Position numbers and translations under genes: made by a program
NCBI RefSeq assembly: GCF_009931435.1
Contig: NZ_CP043414.1
Length of the DNA: 64,000 nt
From: Escherichia coli
GTDB lineage: Bacteria > Pseudomonadota > Gammaproteobacteria > Enterobacterales > Enterobacteriaceae
Direction: 5' to 3' (one strand)
In this document: positions 1 through 23,280 of the stretch, piece after piece
Layout: each line of letters opens with the position of its first letter
Position numbering within the stretch: position 1 is the first letter of the stretch
Notes under the pieces: generated by a model
The model's input: the letters and a program-made list of their open reading frames with translations, nothing else
Database searches by the model: none
What the model was told of the DNA's origin: nothing

Positions 1-1612
1 CATCTTCATCCGGCTGTTCCAGCACACTGTAAGCAACTGAACAAAACAGCGAGTTCAAACGCTGCATATCGCCCAGTAAGCCTAAATGTAGCGAACTGGT
101 TTCAATGCTCTGCACGTTTTGCTGATGCAGGCGATCAACGTGGGCGTGAGAATAGCGGCGATTAAGAATGCGAAAACGATGCTTGCTGCGGCGTAAACGA
201 CGGGCGCTGGCAACATCGCCAGAGAAGAAAACCGACATTGCCAGTTTTAAATTACTGAGCAATTGCTCATAGAGCGCATCCAGTTCCTTCAAGCCATCAA
301 GCGAAAATGCTCGCCTTGCAGCCAGCGATTTGTCGGCAATTTCACTACCCATGCGCTCGACGATATCGGAGGCCTGTTCAAGGTTAAGCGACATTTCGAT
401 GATCTCCGCCCAGCGACGCGACTCTTCCTCCGCCAGCTCTTCTTTTGGCATTCGCGCCAGATACAGCTTAATGGCGGTGTAGAGAACGTTGATGTCATCA
501 GCCAGCTTACGCAGCTCTTTCTCCTGCCGTGGCTCGCCGTGCATCACTTTATTCAACCCTTCCATCATCTGTTCCATGGCGTCGCCAATGCGCAGGGTTT
601 CGCGGGCAGCGTTCGCCAGAGCAAGCGTGGGCGTATCCAGCGCGCTGACATCCAGATGTTTAGGCCGTAGCTGGGTATCCAGTTCCGGTTCATCGCGAAT
701 AATCGTTTTGCAAAACCGTGCCATCGGGTCAACGAATGGCAACATGACCAGGCAGCGTACAAGGTTGTAGAAGACGTGGAAATAGATCACCAATTCCGCT
801 TTTGGCAATGGCAACTTCCCCATTGTCTCTGCCAGCAAATGAACAAACGGCAGGATAATCAGGCTACCCACCAGCTTAAACAGCAGACTACCCAGCGCGA
901 CACGGCGGGCTGCGGCATTGGCGGCACTGTTGTTGAGCATCGCCAGCAAGCCGGAGCCGAGGTTAGCACCAATCACCAGACAAAGTGCCACGGGGAAGGA
1001 GATGATGCCTGCGGCGGTCAGAGTCGCGGTCAGCAGTACAGCAGCAAGGCTGGAGTAGCTGATAATGGCGAACATCGCGCCAATCAGCGCATCCAGCAGA
1101 ATATCGCCGGTTAGCGAGGCAAAAATCACCTGAACGCCGTTTGCTTGGGTGATCGGCGTTACGGCCTGCACAATCAATTCCAGCGCCAGCAAAATCAGCC
1201 CAAGACCAATACCGACGCGGCCCAGTTGCCCGGCGCGTGATTGTTTGCGTCCGAGGAAAAAAATCACGCCGATAAAAATAAGTAGCGGTGACAACCAGGA
1301 TAAATCGAAGGTGAGAATACGCGCCATTAGCGCGGTCCCGACATCTGCACCCAGCACAATGACCAAAGCCGGTGCGAGGGCAACCAGATCCTGAGCGACG
1401 AACGAAGTCACCAGCATGGTGGTAGCATTACTGCTCTGCACCAGTGCGGTAACGCCGATCCCCGCACAAAAGGCGAGCGGCTTTTTTTCGACGCTCCGGC
1501 TCAGAACAGTACGCAGACGTGCGCCGAAGACGCGCATTACGCCTGTTCGAACAATATGTGTCCCCCAGACCAGCAGGGCGACGGCAGAAAGCAGGTGAAG
1601 CAGCGTTAACAC
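1..1612 (-). CDS. yjbB: Na+/Pi-cotransporter family inner membrane protein YjbB, 3' end cut by window edge (about 8 codons missing)
   Basis: Minus-strand frame open from window edge to GTG at 1610-1612 with AGGAG-like SD just upstream; translation starts (V)LTLLHLLSAVALL and ends ...QPDEDE at the edge; sits downstream of metH as in E. coli. Confidence 0.8.
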   Translation of the reverse strand, partial: MLTLLHLLSAVALLVWGTHIVRTGVMRVFGARLRTVLSRSVEKKPLAFCAGIGVTALVQSSNATTMLVTSFVAQDLVALAPALVIVLGADVGTALMARILTFDLSWLSPLLIFIGVIFFLGRKQSRAGQLGRVGIGLGLILLALELIVQAVTPITQANGVQVIFASLTGDILLDALIGAMFAIISYSSLAAVLLTATLTAAGIISFPVALCLVIGANLGSGLLAMLNNSAANAAARRVALGSLLFKLVGSLIILPFVHLLAETMGKLPLPKAELVIYFHVFYNLVRCLVMLPFVDPMARFCKTIIRDEPELDTQLRPKHLDVSALDTPTLALANAARETLRIGDAMEQMMEGLNKVMHGEPRQEKELRKLADDINVLYTAIKLYLARMPKEELAEEESRRWAEIIEMSLNLEQASDIVERMGSEIADKSLAARRAFSLDGLKELDALYEQLLSNLKLAMSVFFSGDVASARRLRRSKHRFRILNRRYSHAHVDRLHQQNVQSIETSSLHLGLLGDMQRLNSLFCSVAYSVLEQPDED

Positions 1613-1831
1613 GAGTTCAGGTTCTCCTTATCGTTATATGTTCCTGAAGCAATTGAATGACCAAAGGACCGGAAACACGCTGACTGACATCTTTATTGTG
1701 ACTTTTGACATTCGTTTTTCCGGCTAAGATTATTCCAGCCTGATTCCAGTATAAGAGTTTCATATTAATAAAGAGACAGGGCACTCATTGAGCGCCCTGT
1801 TTGTTGTAAGGAAAAGTGACAGATTTGTGAA

Positions 1832-5515
<3,684 letters not shown>

Positions 5516-5676
5516 ACTTGCTCCCGACACGCTCAACCCAGATTTAATAAAAATTCAACAAACCATACTGGCATAAACGCATCTGTGGTAAAAGCGAGCA
5601 CCACGCAACATGAGATTTGTTCAACATTAACTCATCGGATCAGTTCAGCAACTATTGCATTAGCTAACAATAAAAA

Positions 5677-5691
5677 TGAAAATGATTTCCA
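5677..5691. promoter_or_regulatory. IclR autoregulatory operator upstream of iclR
   Basis: TGAAAATGATTTCCA, near-palindrome of the IclR half-site type TGGAAAT-N-ATTTCCA, about 25 bp upstream of the iclR start. Confidence 0.6.
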
Positions 5692-5714
5692 CGATACAGA
5701 AAAAGGAGACTGTC

Positions 5715-6539
5715 ATGGTCGCACCCATTCCCGCGAAACGCGGCAGAAAACCCGCCGTTGCCACCGCACCAGCGACTGGGCAGGTTCAGTCTTTAACGCG
5801 TGGTCTGAAATTACTGGAGTGGATTGCCGAATCCAATGGCAGTGTGGCACTCACGGAACTGGCGCAACAAGCCGGGTTACCCAATTCCACAACCCACCGC
5901 CTGCTAACCACGATGCAACAGCAGGGTTTCGTGCGTCAAGTCGGCGAACTGGGACACTGGGCAATCGGCGCACATGCCTTTATGGTCGGCAGCAGCTTTC
6001 TCCAGAGCCGTAATTTGTTAGCCATTGTTCACCCTATCCTGCGCAATCTAATGGAAGAGTCTGGCGAAACGGTAAATATGGCGGTGCTTGATCAAAGCGA
6101 TCACGAAGCGATTATTATCGACCAGGTACAGTGTACGCACCTGATGCGTATGTCCGCCCCTATTGGCGGTAAATTACCGATGCACGCTTCCGGTGCGGGT
6201 AAAGCCTTTTTAGCCCAACTGAGCGAAGAACAGGTGACGAAGCTGCTGCACCGCAAAGGGTTACATGCCTATACCCACGCAACACTGGTGTCTCCTGTAC
6301 ATTTAAAAGAAGATCTCGCCCAAACGCGAAAACGGGGTTATTCATTTGACGATGAGGAACATGCGCTGGGGCTGCGTTGCCTCGCAGCGTGTATTTTCGA
6401 CGAGCACCGCGAACCATTTGCGGCAATTTCGATTTCCGGGCCGATTTCACGTATTACCGATGATCGCGTAACCGAGTTTGGTGCGATGGTGATTAAAGCT
6501 GCGAAGGAAGTGACGCTGGCGTACGGTGGAATGCGCTGA
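5715..6539 (+). CDS. iclR: Glyoxylate-shunt repressor IclR (274 aa)
   Basis: ORF 5676..6539 trimmed to MVAPIPAKRGRKPAV start; HTH plus IclR effector domain; divergent from metH. Confidence 0.95.
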   Translation: MVAPIPAKRGRKPAVATAPATGQVQSLTRGLKLLEWIAESNGSVALTELAQQAGLPNSTTHRLLTTMQQQGFVRQVGELGHWAIGAHAFMVGSSFLQSRNLLAIVHPILRNLMEESGETVNMAVLDQSDHEAIIIDQVQCTHLMRMSAPIGGKLPMHASGAGKAFLAQLSEEQVTKLLHRKGLHAYTHATLVSPVHLKEDLAQTRKRGYSFDDEEHALGLRCLAACIFDEHREPFAAISISGPISRITDDRVTEFGAMVIKAAKEVTLAYGGMR

Positions 6540-6854
6540 CTTTTTCTGGCGGGTAGAGGTAATATTCTGCCCGTCATACCTGAGTAGCAATAGAATAAGG
6601 GTATCTGTTAATCGCATTGACGCAAAAATAACTTAATATCATACACTTCACACACTTTTATTAACTCAGCATTATTTTTAAACATCAAACCACTTAATTA
6701 TTAACAAAATCGCAAGAACTCATTGCGCCGAAACTTTTGCGGTTTCATTATGAGATTGAGCGATTTATGATATTTCTTTACTTGTAATCATATTAAATTT
6801 TTCACTGTTCTGATAGTTAAAATTCCAGACATCAATAAACAATGAGATATTTAA

Positions 6855-10754
<3,900 letters not shown>

Positions 10755-10793
10755 TTAATTCGCCCCTCGCCTTACGGAAAGGGGCGTTGGTTA

Positions 10794-12098
10794 TTAGAAC
10801 TGCGATTCTTCGGTGGAGCCGGTCAGCGCGGTGACTGAAGACGTGCCGCCCTGAATAATGGTCGTCACTTTATCGAAATAACCTGTACCCACTTCCTGCT
10901 GGTGAGATACGAAGGTATAGCCATCTTTCGCGGCGGCAAATTCCGGCTGCTGCACTTTCTCAACATAGTGCTTCATACCCTCGCCCTGGGCGTAGGCGTT
11001 TGCCAGGTCAAACATGTTGAACCACATGCTGTGGATGCCTGCCAGGGTGATGAACTGGAACTTGTAGCCCATATCCGACAGCTGCTGCTGGAAGCTGGCA
11101 ATAGTTTTGTCGTCGAGGTTTTTCTGCCAGTTGAAGGACGGCGAGCAGTTATAAGCCAGCAGTTTGCCTGGATATTTCGCGTGGATAGCTTCCGCAAAGC
11201 GACGCGCCAGTTCCAGGTCTGGCGTGGAGGTTTCACACCATACCAGGTCAGCATATGGCGCATACGCCAGGCCACGGCTGATCGCTTGTTCAATACCTGC
11301 ATGAGTACGGAAGAAGCCTTCGCTGGTACGCTCGCCGGTAATAAATTCGCTGTCATACGGGTCGCAATCGGAGGTGATCAGATCCGCCGCATCGGCATCG
11401 GTACGTGCAACCAGCAGGGTTGGAACGCCCGTCACGTCAGCTGCCAGACGCGCCGCGACCAGTTTCTGAATAGCTTCCTGAGTTGGCACCAAAACTTTGC
11501 CGCCCATGTGACCGCATTTCTTCACTGATGCCAGCTGATCTTCGAAGTGAACTGCCGCTGCACCGGCTTCAATCATCGCTTTCATCAGTTCAAAGGCATT
11601 CAGGACACCGCCAAAACCGGCTTCCGCATCGGCAACGATCGGCAGGAAGTAATCGACATAGCGCGGATCGCCCGGCTCAATGCCCGCGGACCATTGGATC
11701 TGATCCGCACGGCGGAAGGTGTTGTTGATCCGCTCCACCACAGCTGGCACCGAGTTTGCCGGATAGAGCGACTGATCCGGATACATGCTGGCCGCCAGGT
11801 TAGCGTCCGCCGCTACCTGCCATCCCGACAGATAGACTGCTTCAATACCCGCTTTCGCCTGTTGCAGCGCCTGACCGCCAGTCAGTGCACCGAGGCTGTT
11901 GATGTAGCCTTTTTTCGACTCGCCATGCAGCAGACGCCACATTTTCGCCGCGCCCAGTTGCGCCAGCGTGCATTCAGGATTGACTGAACCGCGTAATTTC
12001 ACCACATCTTCCGCGCTGTATGGGCGAGTAATGCCTTCCCAACGCGGTTGAGTCCACTCTTTCTGTAATTCTTCAATTTGTTGTGTACGGGTTTTCAT
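10794..12098 (-). CDS. aceA: Isocitrate lyase AceA (434 aa)
   Basis: ORF 10794..12113 trimmed to [15 protein letters not shown] start; contains KKCGH active-site motif. Confidence 0.97.
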   Translation of the reverse strand: MKTRTQQIEELQKEWTQPRWEGITRPYSAEDVVKLRGSVNPECTLAQLGAAKMWRLLHGESKKGYINSLGALTGGQALQQAKAGIEAVYLSGWQVAADANLAASMYPDQSLYPANSVPAVVERINNTFRRADQIQWSAGIEPGDPRYVDYFLPIVADAEAGFGGVLNAFELMKAMIEAGAAAVHFEDQLASVKKCGHMGGKVLVPTQEAIQKLVAARLAADVTGVPTLLVARTDADAADLITSDCDPYDSEFITGERTSEGFFRTHAGIEQAISRGLAYAPYADLVWCETSTPDLELARRFAEAIHAKYPGKLLAYNCSPSFNWQKNLDDKTIASFQQQLSDMGYKFQFITLAGIHSMWFNMFDLANAYAQGEGMKHYVEKVQQPEFAAAKDGYTFVSHQQEVGTGYFDKVTTIIQGGTSSVTALTGSTEESQF

Positions 12099-12127
12099 GT
12101 GCAGATGCTCCATAGTTATATGGTGGT

Positions 12128-13729
12128 TTACGCTAACAGGCGGTAGCCTGGCAGGGTCAGGAAATCTATTAACTCATCGGAAGTGGTGATCTGTTCCATC
12201 AAGCGTGCGGCATCGTCAAAACGCCCCTGGGAGAAACGTTCTTCGCCCAGTTCGCTGGCAATGACTTTCATCTCTTCGCCCAGCATCTGGCGGAACAAGG
12301 CTTTGGTCACCGGTTTGCCATTGCTCAACGTTTTTTGATGATGGATCCACTGCCAGATTGAGGTACGGGAAATTTCAGCCGTCGCCGCATCTTCCATCAG
12401 GCCATAAATCGGCACACAGCCGTTGCCAGAGATCCACGCTTCGATGTACTGCACAGCCACGCGAATGTTGGCGCGCATACCTTCTTCGGTGCGTTCACCA
12501 TCACAAGGTGCCAGCAGCTGATCGGCAGTAATCGGCGCGTCTTGTTCGCGCATCACTTCAAGCTGATTTTTACGGGAGCCGAGAATGTCGTTGAATACCG
12601 CCATTGCCGTATCCGCAAGGCCTGGGTGGGCAATCCATGTGCCATCGTGACCGTTGTTGGCTTCCAGCGCTTTATCCGCTTTTACTTTGTTCAGCACCTG
12701 GTTATTGCGCTCTTCATCTTTGCTCGGAATAAACGCTGCCATGCCGCCCATCGCAAATGCGCCGCGTTTATGGCAGGTTTTGATTAACAGGCGTGAATAG
12801 GCATTAAGGAACGGTTTATCCATCGTCACAGCCTGTCTGTCTGGCAGGACGCGATCGGGATAGTTTTTCAACGTTTTGATATAGCTGAAGATGTAATCCC
12901 AACGACCGCAGTTCAGACCAACAATATGGTCACGCAGCGCGTGAAGGATTTCATCCATCTGGAACACGGCGGGCAGCGTTTCAATCAGCAACGTCGCCTT
13001 GATGGTGCCGCGCGCCAGATTAAAGCGATCTTCTGCATAGCTGAAGACTTCGCTCCACCAGGCCGCTTCCTGCCAGGACTGGGTTTTTGGCAGATAGAAA
13101 TAGGGGCCACTGCCTTTTGCCAGTAAGGCCTGGTAGTTGTGAAAGAAGTAGAGCGCAAAATCAAACAGGCTGCCAGGGATTGCCTCACCACGCCAGGTGA
13201 CATGTTTTTCCGGCAAGTGCAGACCGCGTACCCGACAAATCAACACCGCTGGATTGGGCTTGAGCTGGTAAATTTTGCCTGCTTCATTGGTGTAACTGAT
13301 GGTGCCATTAACTGCATCGCGCAGGTTAATTTGCCCATCGATCACTTTGTTCCAGTCCGGGGCCAGTGAATCCTCAAAATCGGCCATAAAGACTTTCACA
13401 TTGGCGTTGAGCGCGTTGATCACCATCTTGCGCTCTACGGGTCCGGTAATCTCTACCCGACGATCTTCTAAGTCCGCAGGAATACCACGAATTTTCCAGT
13501 CAACATCACGAATGGAAGCTGTTTCCGAAATAAAATCAGGCAATGTTCCGTTATCGATATCCTGCTGCTGCTGAATGCGCGCTGCCAGAAGTTTATTGCG
13601 TTGTGGCGTAAAATGCGTCACCAGCTCAGTCAGAAACTCTACCGCTTCGGCAGTAAGAATTTGCTTCTCCTGCTCGCCATACGGCCTTGTGAAAACCAGT
13701 TCATCGGTTGTTGTTGCCTGTTCAGTCAT
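12128..13729 (-). CDS. aceB: Malate synthase A AceB (533 aa)
   Basis: ORF 12128..13747 trimmed to [13 protein letters not shown] start; first gene of aceBAK. Confidence 0.96.
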   Translation of the reverse strand: MTEQATTTDELVFTRPYGEQEKQILTAEAVEFLTELVTHFTPQRNKLLAARIQQQQDIDNGTLPDFISETASIRDVDWKIRGIPADLEDRRVEITGPVERKMVINALNANVKVFMADFEDSLAPDWNKVIDGQINLRDAVNGTISYTNEAGKIYQLKPNPAVLICRVRGLHLPEKHVTWRGEAIPGSLFDFALYFFHNYQALLAKGSGPYFYLPKTQSWQEAAWWSEVFSYAEDRFNLARGTIKATLLIETLPAVFQMDEILHALRDHIVGLNCGRWDYIFSYIKTLKNYPDRVLPDRQAVTMDKPFLNAYSRLLIKTCHKRGAFAMGGMAAFIPSKDEERNNQVLNKVKADKALEANNGHDGTWIAHPGLADTAMAVFNDILGSRKNQLEVMREQDAPITADQLLAPCDGERTEEGMRANIRVAVQYIEAWISGNGCVPIYGLMEDAATAEISRTSIWQWIHHQKTLSNGKPVTKALFRQMLGEEMKVIASELGEERFSQGRFDDAARLMEQITTSDELIDFLTLPGYRLLA

Positions 13730-13825
13730 CGTGCTGCTCCTCGTCATGGATCCGAAAACTTCCCCACTGTGAACGAAGGATCGTTGTGTGCTTTTCGTTC
13801 AGCACAACTAAGACTACTCATTTAA

Positions 13826-13856
13826 AATGCAAAATCAAAAACAATTTCCATTTTAA
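13826..13856 (-). promoter_or_regulatory. aceBAK promoter region with candidate IclR operator
   Basis: Minus-strand AAAATGGAAATTGTTTTTGATTTTGCATTTT about 100 bp upstream of aceB, containing a TGGAAAT half-site in an AT-rich promoter context. Confidence 0.4.
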
Positions 13857-13929
13857 ATAAAAATACATGTTAACCTATTGATAACAATATGAATAAAATT
13901 TATTCACCTCTTGAGGTGTGTTTCGGAAA

Positions 13930-13953
13930 TAAAAAAGGCACCCGAAGGTGCCT
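13930..13953 (-). terminator. Rho-independent terminator downstream of metA
   Basis: Minus-strand hairpin GGCACC-TTCG-GGTGCC followed by TTTTTT, about 45 nt after the metA stop. Confidence 0.7.
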
Positions 13954-13997
13954 GAGGTAAGGTGCTGAATCGCTTAACGATCGACTATCATAGAAGA

Positions 13998-14927
13998 TTA
14001 ATCCAACGTTGGATTCATGTGCCGTAGATCGTATGGCGTGATCTGGTAGACGTAATAGTTGAGCCAGTTGGTAAACAGCAAATTACCGTGACTACGCCAG
14101 CTCGCTCGCGGTGTATTTTGCGGATCATTATGCGGGAAATAGTTATACGGTACATCCGGGTCTAGTCCGGCTTCCACATCGCGGAAAAATTCCTGCGCCA
14201 GCGTATGTGCGTCGTATTCCGGATGCCCCGTCACAAAGGCAATGCGCTTATCTTTGCTGGCAAACAGATATGCATCCCCTTCTTCTGTCTCCGCCAGAAT
14301 TTCCAGATCGGTATAATCACGAATCAACGCTGCCGGAAAGTCAGCATAGCGCGAATGCGGTGCCAGGAATGAATCATCAAAGCCACGCGTCAGAAGCGCA
14401 TGAGGATGGAGAATATGATGCTCGTAAACGCCAGATAGTTTGTCGGTGCGGGTTTGCTTAGGAATGCCGTAGAGGATATTGAGCGCGGCCTGGACCGCCC
14501 AACAGACAAACAGCGTCGAGGTGACGTGATCTTTCGACCACTCCAGCACCTGTTTGATCTGCGGCCAGTAAGCGACATCATTAAACTCCACCAGGCCCAG
14601 CGGCGCGCCGGTAACTATCAGACCGTCAAAGTTTTGTTCCTGAATATCTTCAAAGTTACAGTAGAAGTTATTCAGATGCTCTGCGGGCGTGTTGCGCGAT
14701 TCACGGGAATCGATGCGCAACAGCTGAATATCGACCTGCAAAGGTGAGTTTGAAAGCAGGCGCAAAAACTGATTTTCAGTTTCGATCTTCTTCGGCATCA
14801 GGTTAAGGATAAGCACCTTTAGCGGACGAATTTCCTGACCAGACGCGCGAGAAGTTGTCATCACAAAGACGTTTTCTTCACGCAAGAAATTGACGGCGGG
14901 TAGCTCGTCCGGCACACGAATCGGCAT
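13998..14927 (-). CDS. metA: Homoserine O-succinyltransferase MetA (309 aa)
   Basis: Full-length [24 protein letters not shown]...; standalone gene. Confidence 0.97.
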   Translation of the reverse strand: MPIRVPDELPAVNFLREENVFVMTTSRASGQEIRPLKVLILNLMPKKIETENQFLRLLSNSPLQVDIQLLRIDSRESRNTPAEHLNNFYCNFEDIQEQNFDGLIVTGAPLGLVEFNDVAYWPQIKQVLEWSKDHVTSTLFVCWAVQAALNILYGIPKQTRTDKLSGVYEHHILHPHALLTRGFDDSFLAPHSRYADFPAALIRDYTDLEILAETEEGDAYLFASKDKRIAFVTGHPEYDAHTLAQEFFRDVEAGLDPDVPYNYFPHNDPQNTPRASWRSHGNLLFTNWLNYYVYQITPYDLRHMNPTLD

Positions 14928-14946
14928 AACCTGATTACCTCACTAC

Positions 14947-14978
14947 ATACGCTTATACGTTTAGACATCCAGATAGCT
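14947..14978. promoter_or_regulatory. Four tandem 8-bp MetJ boxes (metA operator)
   Basis: ATACGCTT ATACGTTT AGACATCC AGATAGCT on plus strand, each a 5-6/8 match to the palindromic met-box AGACGTCT, 20-50 bp upstream of the metA start. Confidence 0.6.
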
Positions 14979-15083
14979 GAAGATAACCAGAAAATTTGCC
15001 AATGTCGAGCCTGCATGTTGAAGGTGAGAAAGTTTCAAGGAAAAGGCTACGTTAGAATATAAGAATGACGAAAAGGAGAGAAA

Positions 15084-15527
15084 ATGGTTATTAGTATTCG
15101 CCGCTCACGGCATGAGGAAGGGGAAGAACTGGTTGCGATTTGGTGCCGTTCTGTCGATGCCACTCACGATTTTTTATCAGCAGAGTATCGGGCCGAGCTG
15201 GAAGAGCTGGTGCGTTCCTTCCTGCCGGAAGCGCCGTTGTGGGTCGCGGTTAATGAGCGGGATCGGCCGGTTGGGTTTATGTTGTTAAGTGGGCAGCATA
15301 TGGATGCGCTGTTTATCGATCCTGATGTGCGCGGCTGCGGCGTGGGTCGGATGCTGGTGGAACATGCGCTCTCGATAGCACCGGAACTGACAACCAATGT
15401 TAATGAGCAAAATGCCCGGGCGGTAGGGTTCTATAAGAAGTTGGGATTTAAGGTTACGGGACGCTCTGAGGTGGACGATTTGGGGAAACCGTATCCGTTG
15501 CTGAATCTGGCGTATGTGGAGGCGTAG
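15084..15527 (+). CDS. yjaB: GNAT-family N-acetyltransferase YjaB (147 aa)
   Basis: ORF with acetyl-CoA binding motif (RGCGVGRMLVEHAL); GGAG SD upstream. Confidence 0.9.
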   Translation: MVISIRRSRHEEGEELVAIWCRSVDATHDFLSAEYRAELEELVRSFLPEAPLWVAVNERDRPVGFMLLSGQHMDALFIDPDVRGCGVGRMLVEHALSIAPELTTNVNEQNARAVGFYKKLGFKVTGRSEVDDLGKPYPLLNLAYVEA

Positions 15528-15590
15528 GCAATTTTTTTCTCATCCCGGTGAGCTGAACTTCAGGTTTCGTACCCACCAATGGTGACATGA

Positions 15591-15974
15591 TTATTTCTGC
15601 TTAAGCATTGCCATGACCGCACTATCACTGAGCACCACTGATTGCGCATGGATGTGGAAATGGCGATATTTCATTAACGTTGCACCAGCGACCACTTCAT
15701 GAAGAATGCGTTCCTCAACCTGTGACAAACCGCCCTCATTCATTTCCAGCGCGCTCACAACAATATCCATACGTTTTGCTGGCAAAAAAGAGTACCAGGG
15801 TGAACGTGGGTGGAGTTGCAAAACAAGATCTTGCAGAACTTTTTCTGCAACAAAGAAATTGGCGATTAACAGGCGCTGGTTACTGAAGGCAGCCTCTCCT
15901 GACACTTCACGTTTGCTTTCAAGATCGCGAACAGTAATTTGATTACGACGAATTTGGATATACAGAACTGACAT
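15591..15974 (-). CDS. yjaA: Stress-induced protein YjaA (127 aa)
   Basis: ORF 15591..16010 trimmed to ATG giving MSVLYIQIRRNQITV; lies immediately behind the rrnE terminator. Confidence 0.85.
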   Translation of the reverse strand: MSVLYIQIRRNQITVRDLESKREVSGEAAFSNQRLLIANFFVAEKVLQDLVLQLHPRSPWYSFLPAKRMDIVVSALEMNEGGLSQVEERILHEVVAGATLMKYRHFHIHAQSVVLSDSAVMAMLKQK

Positions 15975-16007
15975 GAGATTCCCTTCATCATGCAAATAAT
16001 TGATATG

Positions 16008-16040
16008 CAAAAAGGCCCAGTCTTCCGACTGGGCCTTCTG
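16008..16040 (-). terminator. rrnE terminator (hairpin plus U-tract) just 3' of 5S
   Basis: Minus-strand AGAAGGCCCAGTCGGAAGACTGGGCCTTTTTGC, about 10 nt after the 5S 3' end. Confidence 0.85.
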
Positions 16041-16049
16041 CTTAATTTG

Positions 16050-16169
16050 ATGCCTGGCAGTTCCCTACTCTCGCATGGGGAGACCCCACACTACCATCGG
16101 CGCTACGGCGTTTCACTTCTGAGTTCGGCATGGGGTCAGGTGGGACCACCGCGCTAAGGCCGCCAGGCA
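16050..16169 (-). rRNA. rrfE: 5S rRNA (rrnE operon)
   Basis: 120-nt reverse-complement match to E. coli 5S (ATGCCTGGCAGTTCCCTACTCTCGCATGGGGAGACCCC ... GGCCGCCAGGCA). Confidence 0.95.
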
Positions 16170-16262
16170 AATTCTGTTTCATCAGACCGCTTCTGCGTTC
16201 TGATTTAATCTGTATCAGGCTGAAAATCTTCTCTCAATCCGCCAAAACATCTTCGGCGTTGT

Positions 16263-19167
<2,905 letters not shown>

Positions 19168-19360
19168 TCACAACCCGAAGATGTTTCTTGCGATTCATCA
19201 TCGTGTTGCGAAAATTTGAGAGACTCACGAACAACTTTCGTTGTTCAGTGTTTCAATTTTCAGCTTGATCCAGATTTTTAAAGAGCAAATATCTCAAACG
19301 TCACCCGAAGATGAGTTTTGAGATATTAAGGCAGGTGACTTTCACTCACAAACCAGCAAG

Positions 19361-19436
19361 TGGCGTCCCCTAGGGGATTCGAACCCCTGTTACCGCCGTG
19401 AAAGGGCGGTGTCCTGGGCCTCTAGACGAAGGGGAC
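19361..19436 (-). tRNA. gltV: tRNA-Glu(UUC) in the 16S-23S spacer
   Basis: Exact reverse complement of GTCCCCTTCGTCTAGAGGCCCAGGACACCGCCCTTTCACGGCGGTAACAGGGGTTCGAATCCCCTAGGGGACGCCA. Confidence 0.97.
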
Positions 19437-19521
19437 GTATCAGTCTGCTTCGCAAGACGCCTTGCTTTTCACTTTCTATCAGACAATCTGTGTGAGCACT
19501 GCAAAGTACGCTTCTTTAAGG

Positions 19522-21063
<1,542 letters not shown>

Positions 21064-21194
21064 AAAAGTTTGATGCTCAAAGAATTAAACTTCGTAATGA
21101 ATTACGTGTTCACTCTTGAGACTTGGTATTCATTTTTCGTCTTGCGACGTTAAGAATCCGTATCTTCGAGTGCCCACACAGATTGTCTGATAAA

Positions 21195-21207
21195 TTGTTA
21201 AAGAGCA
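21195..21207 (-). promoter_or_regulatory. rrn leader boxA antitermination element (rrnE)
   Basis: Minus-strand TGCTCTTTAACAA in the 16S leader. Confidence 0.8.
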
Positions 21208-21247
21208 GTTGCGACGCGGCTTTCAACTCACTGTCGCGAGGTGGCGT

Positions 21248-21275
21248 ATATTACGCTTTCCTCTTTCAGAGTCAA
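21248..21275 (-). promoter_or_regulatory. rrnE P2 promoter
   Basis: Minus strand TTGACT -16 bp- TAATAT. Confidence 0.75.
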
Positions 21276-21357
21276 CCCTGAATTTCAGGATTTTTCTCTT
21301 CAACCGAACCGGCTGTTTGTGTGAAGTGATTCACATCCGCCGTGTCGATGGAGGCGC

Positions 21358-21385
21358 ATTATAGGGAGTTCTCCGCAGGCCGCAA
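21358..21385 (-). promoter_or_regulatory. rrnE P1 promoter
   Basis: Minus strand TTGCGG -16 bp- TATAAT followed by GC-rich discriminator (GCGCC), A/T-rich UP-like sequence upstream. Confidence 0.7.
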
Positions 21386-21556
21386 TAGAAAAATTGCAGA
21401 AAAATGACTGACTGCTGCATTCCCCAGCAAAACCCCGCTTTATACCTTTTTACGCACAGAGTTATCCACAATCATCAATGTAATTTCTGTATTTTTCCCA
21501 CGGTAAACACTGTCAAAATTGTGATCACCATTGAAAGAGAAAAATTCGCGAGCGTT

Positions 21557-21572
21557 GCGCAAACGTTTTCGT
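21557..21572. promoter_or_regulatory. PurR operator at the purHD promoter
   Basis: GCGCAAACGTTTTCGT, close match to the pur-box ACGCAAACGTTTTCNT, immediately followed by TACAAT (-10). Confidence 0.75.
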
Positions 21573-21679
21573 TACAATGCGGGCGAAAAATAAGGATGCC
21601 CCGTTAGGGGCGTTAGCTGAGTTTTTCGCGAAAAATTCAGCTAACGCTCTCTGTAATAGTCAAATCCAGGGGATTTACC

Positions 21680-23269
21680 ATGCAACAACGTCGTCCAGTC
21701 CGCCGCGCTCTGCTCAGTGTTTCTGACAAAGCCGGTATCGTCGAATTCGCCCAGGCACTTTCCGCACGCGGTGTGGAGCTGCTGTCTACAGGGGGCACTG
21801 CTCGTCTGTTAGCAGAAAAGGGTCTGCCGGTAACCGAAGTTTCCGATTACACCGGTTTCCCGGAGATGATGGATGGACGCGTGAAGACCCTGCATCCAAA
21901 AGTGCATGGTGGCATTCTGGGCCGTCGCGGCCAGGACGATGCCGTTATGGAAGAACATCAGATCCAACCTATCGATATGGTGGTTGTTAACCTCTATCCG
22001 TTCGCCCAGACCGTGGCCCGTGAAGGTTGCTCTCTGGAAGATGCGGTTGAGAACATCGATATCGGTGGTCCAACGATGGTGCGCTCCGCCGCCAAGAACC
22101 ATAAAGATGTCGCAATCGTGGTGAAGAGCAGCGACTACGACGCCATTATTAAAGAGATGGATGCCAACGAAGGATCGCTGACGCTTGCAACCCGTTTCGA
22201 TCTCGCTATCAAAGCCTTCGAACACACCGCCGCCTACGACAGCATGATTGCCAACTACTTCGGCAGCATGGTTCCGGCTTATCACGGTGAAAGCAAAGAG
22301 GCCGCCGGTCGCTTCCCGCGTACGCTGAACCTGAACTTCATTAAGAAGCAGGATATGCGCTACGGCGAGAACAGCCACCAGCAGGCTGCCTTCTATATAG
22401 AAGAGAATGTGAAAGAAGCCTCCGTTGCCACCGCAACCCAGGTTCAGGGTAAAGCCCTCTCTTATAACAACATCGCCGATACCGATGCGGCGCTGGAGTG
22501 CGTGAAAGAGTTCGCCGAGCCGGCATGTGTGATTGTGAAGCACGCCAACCCTTGCGGTGTGGCTATCGGCAATTCCATTCTTGATGCTTACGATCGCGCG
22601 TATAAAACCGACCCCACCTCGGCGTTCGGCGGCATTATCGCCTTTAACCGCGAGCTGGATGCTGAAACCGCACAGGCCATCATTTCTCGTCAGTTTGTCG
22701 AAGTGATTATTGCGCCGTCCGCCAGCGAAGAAGCGTTGAAAATCACCGCCGCTAAACAGAACGTACGTGTCCTGACCTGCGGTCAGTGGGCCGAGCGTGT
22801 TCCAGGCCTTGATTTCAAACGCGTGAACGGTGGTCTGCTGGTTCAGGATCGCGATCTGGGGATGGTCGGTGCGGAAGAACTGCGCGTCGTCACCAAACGT
22901 CAGCCGACTGAACAGGAACTGCGTGATGCACTGTTCTGCTGGAAAGTGGCGAAGTTCGTGAAATCCAACGCTATCGTCTATGCCAAAAACAATATGACCA
23001 TCGGTATTGGCGCGGGCCAGATGAGCCGCGTGTACTCCGCGAAAATCGCCGGTATTAAAGCTGCCGATGAAGGCCTGGAAGTGAAAGGTTCCTCGATGGC
23101 TTCTGACGCGTTCTTCCCGTTCCGCGACGGTATTGATGCCGCCGCCGCTGCGGGCGTGACCTGCGTAATCCAGCCTGGCGGTTCTATCCGTGATGACGAA
23201 GTAATTGCCGCCGCCGACGAGCACGGTATTGCGATGCTCTTCACCGACATGCGCCACTTCCGCCATTAA
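21680..23269 (+). CDS. purH: Bifunctional AICAR transformylase / IMP cyclohydrolase PurH (529 aa)
   Basis: Full-length [30 protein letters not shown]... Confidence 0.97.
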   Translation: MQQRRPVRRALLSVSDKAGIVEFAQALSARGVELLSTGGTARLLAEKGLPVTEVSDYTGFPEMMDGRVKTLHPKVHGGILGRRGQDDAVMEEHQIQPIDMVVVNLYPFAQTVAREGCSLEDAVENIDIGGPTMVRSAAKNHKDVAIVVKSSDYDAIIKEMDANEGSLTLATRFDLAIKAFEHTAAYDSMIANYFGSMVPAYHGESKEAAGRFPRTLNLNFIKKQDMRYGENSHQQAAFYIEENVKEASVATATQVQGKALSYNNIADTDAALECVKEFAEPACVIVKHANPCGVAIGNSILDAYDRAYKTDPTSAFGGIIAFNRELDAETAQAIISRQFVEVIIAPSASEEALKITAAKQNVRVLTCGQWAERVPGLDFKRVNGGLLVQDRDLGMVGAEELRVVTKRQPTEQELRDALFCWKVAKFVKSNAIVYAKNNMTIGIGAGQMSRVYSAKIAGIKAADEGLEVKGSSMASDAFFPFRDGIDAAAAAGVTCVIQPGGSIRDDEVIAAADEHGIAMLFTDMRHFRH

Positions 23270-23280
23270 TGGAGCGACAG

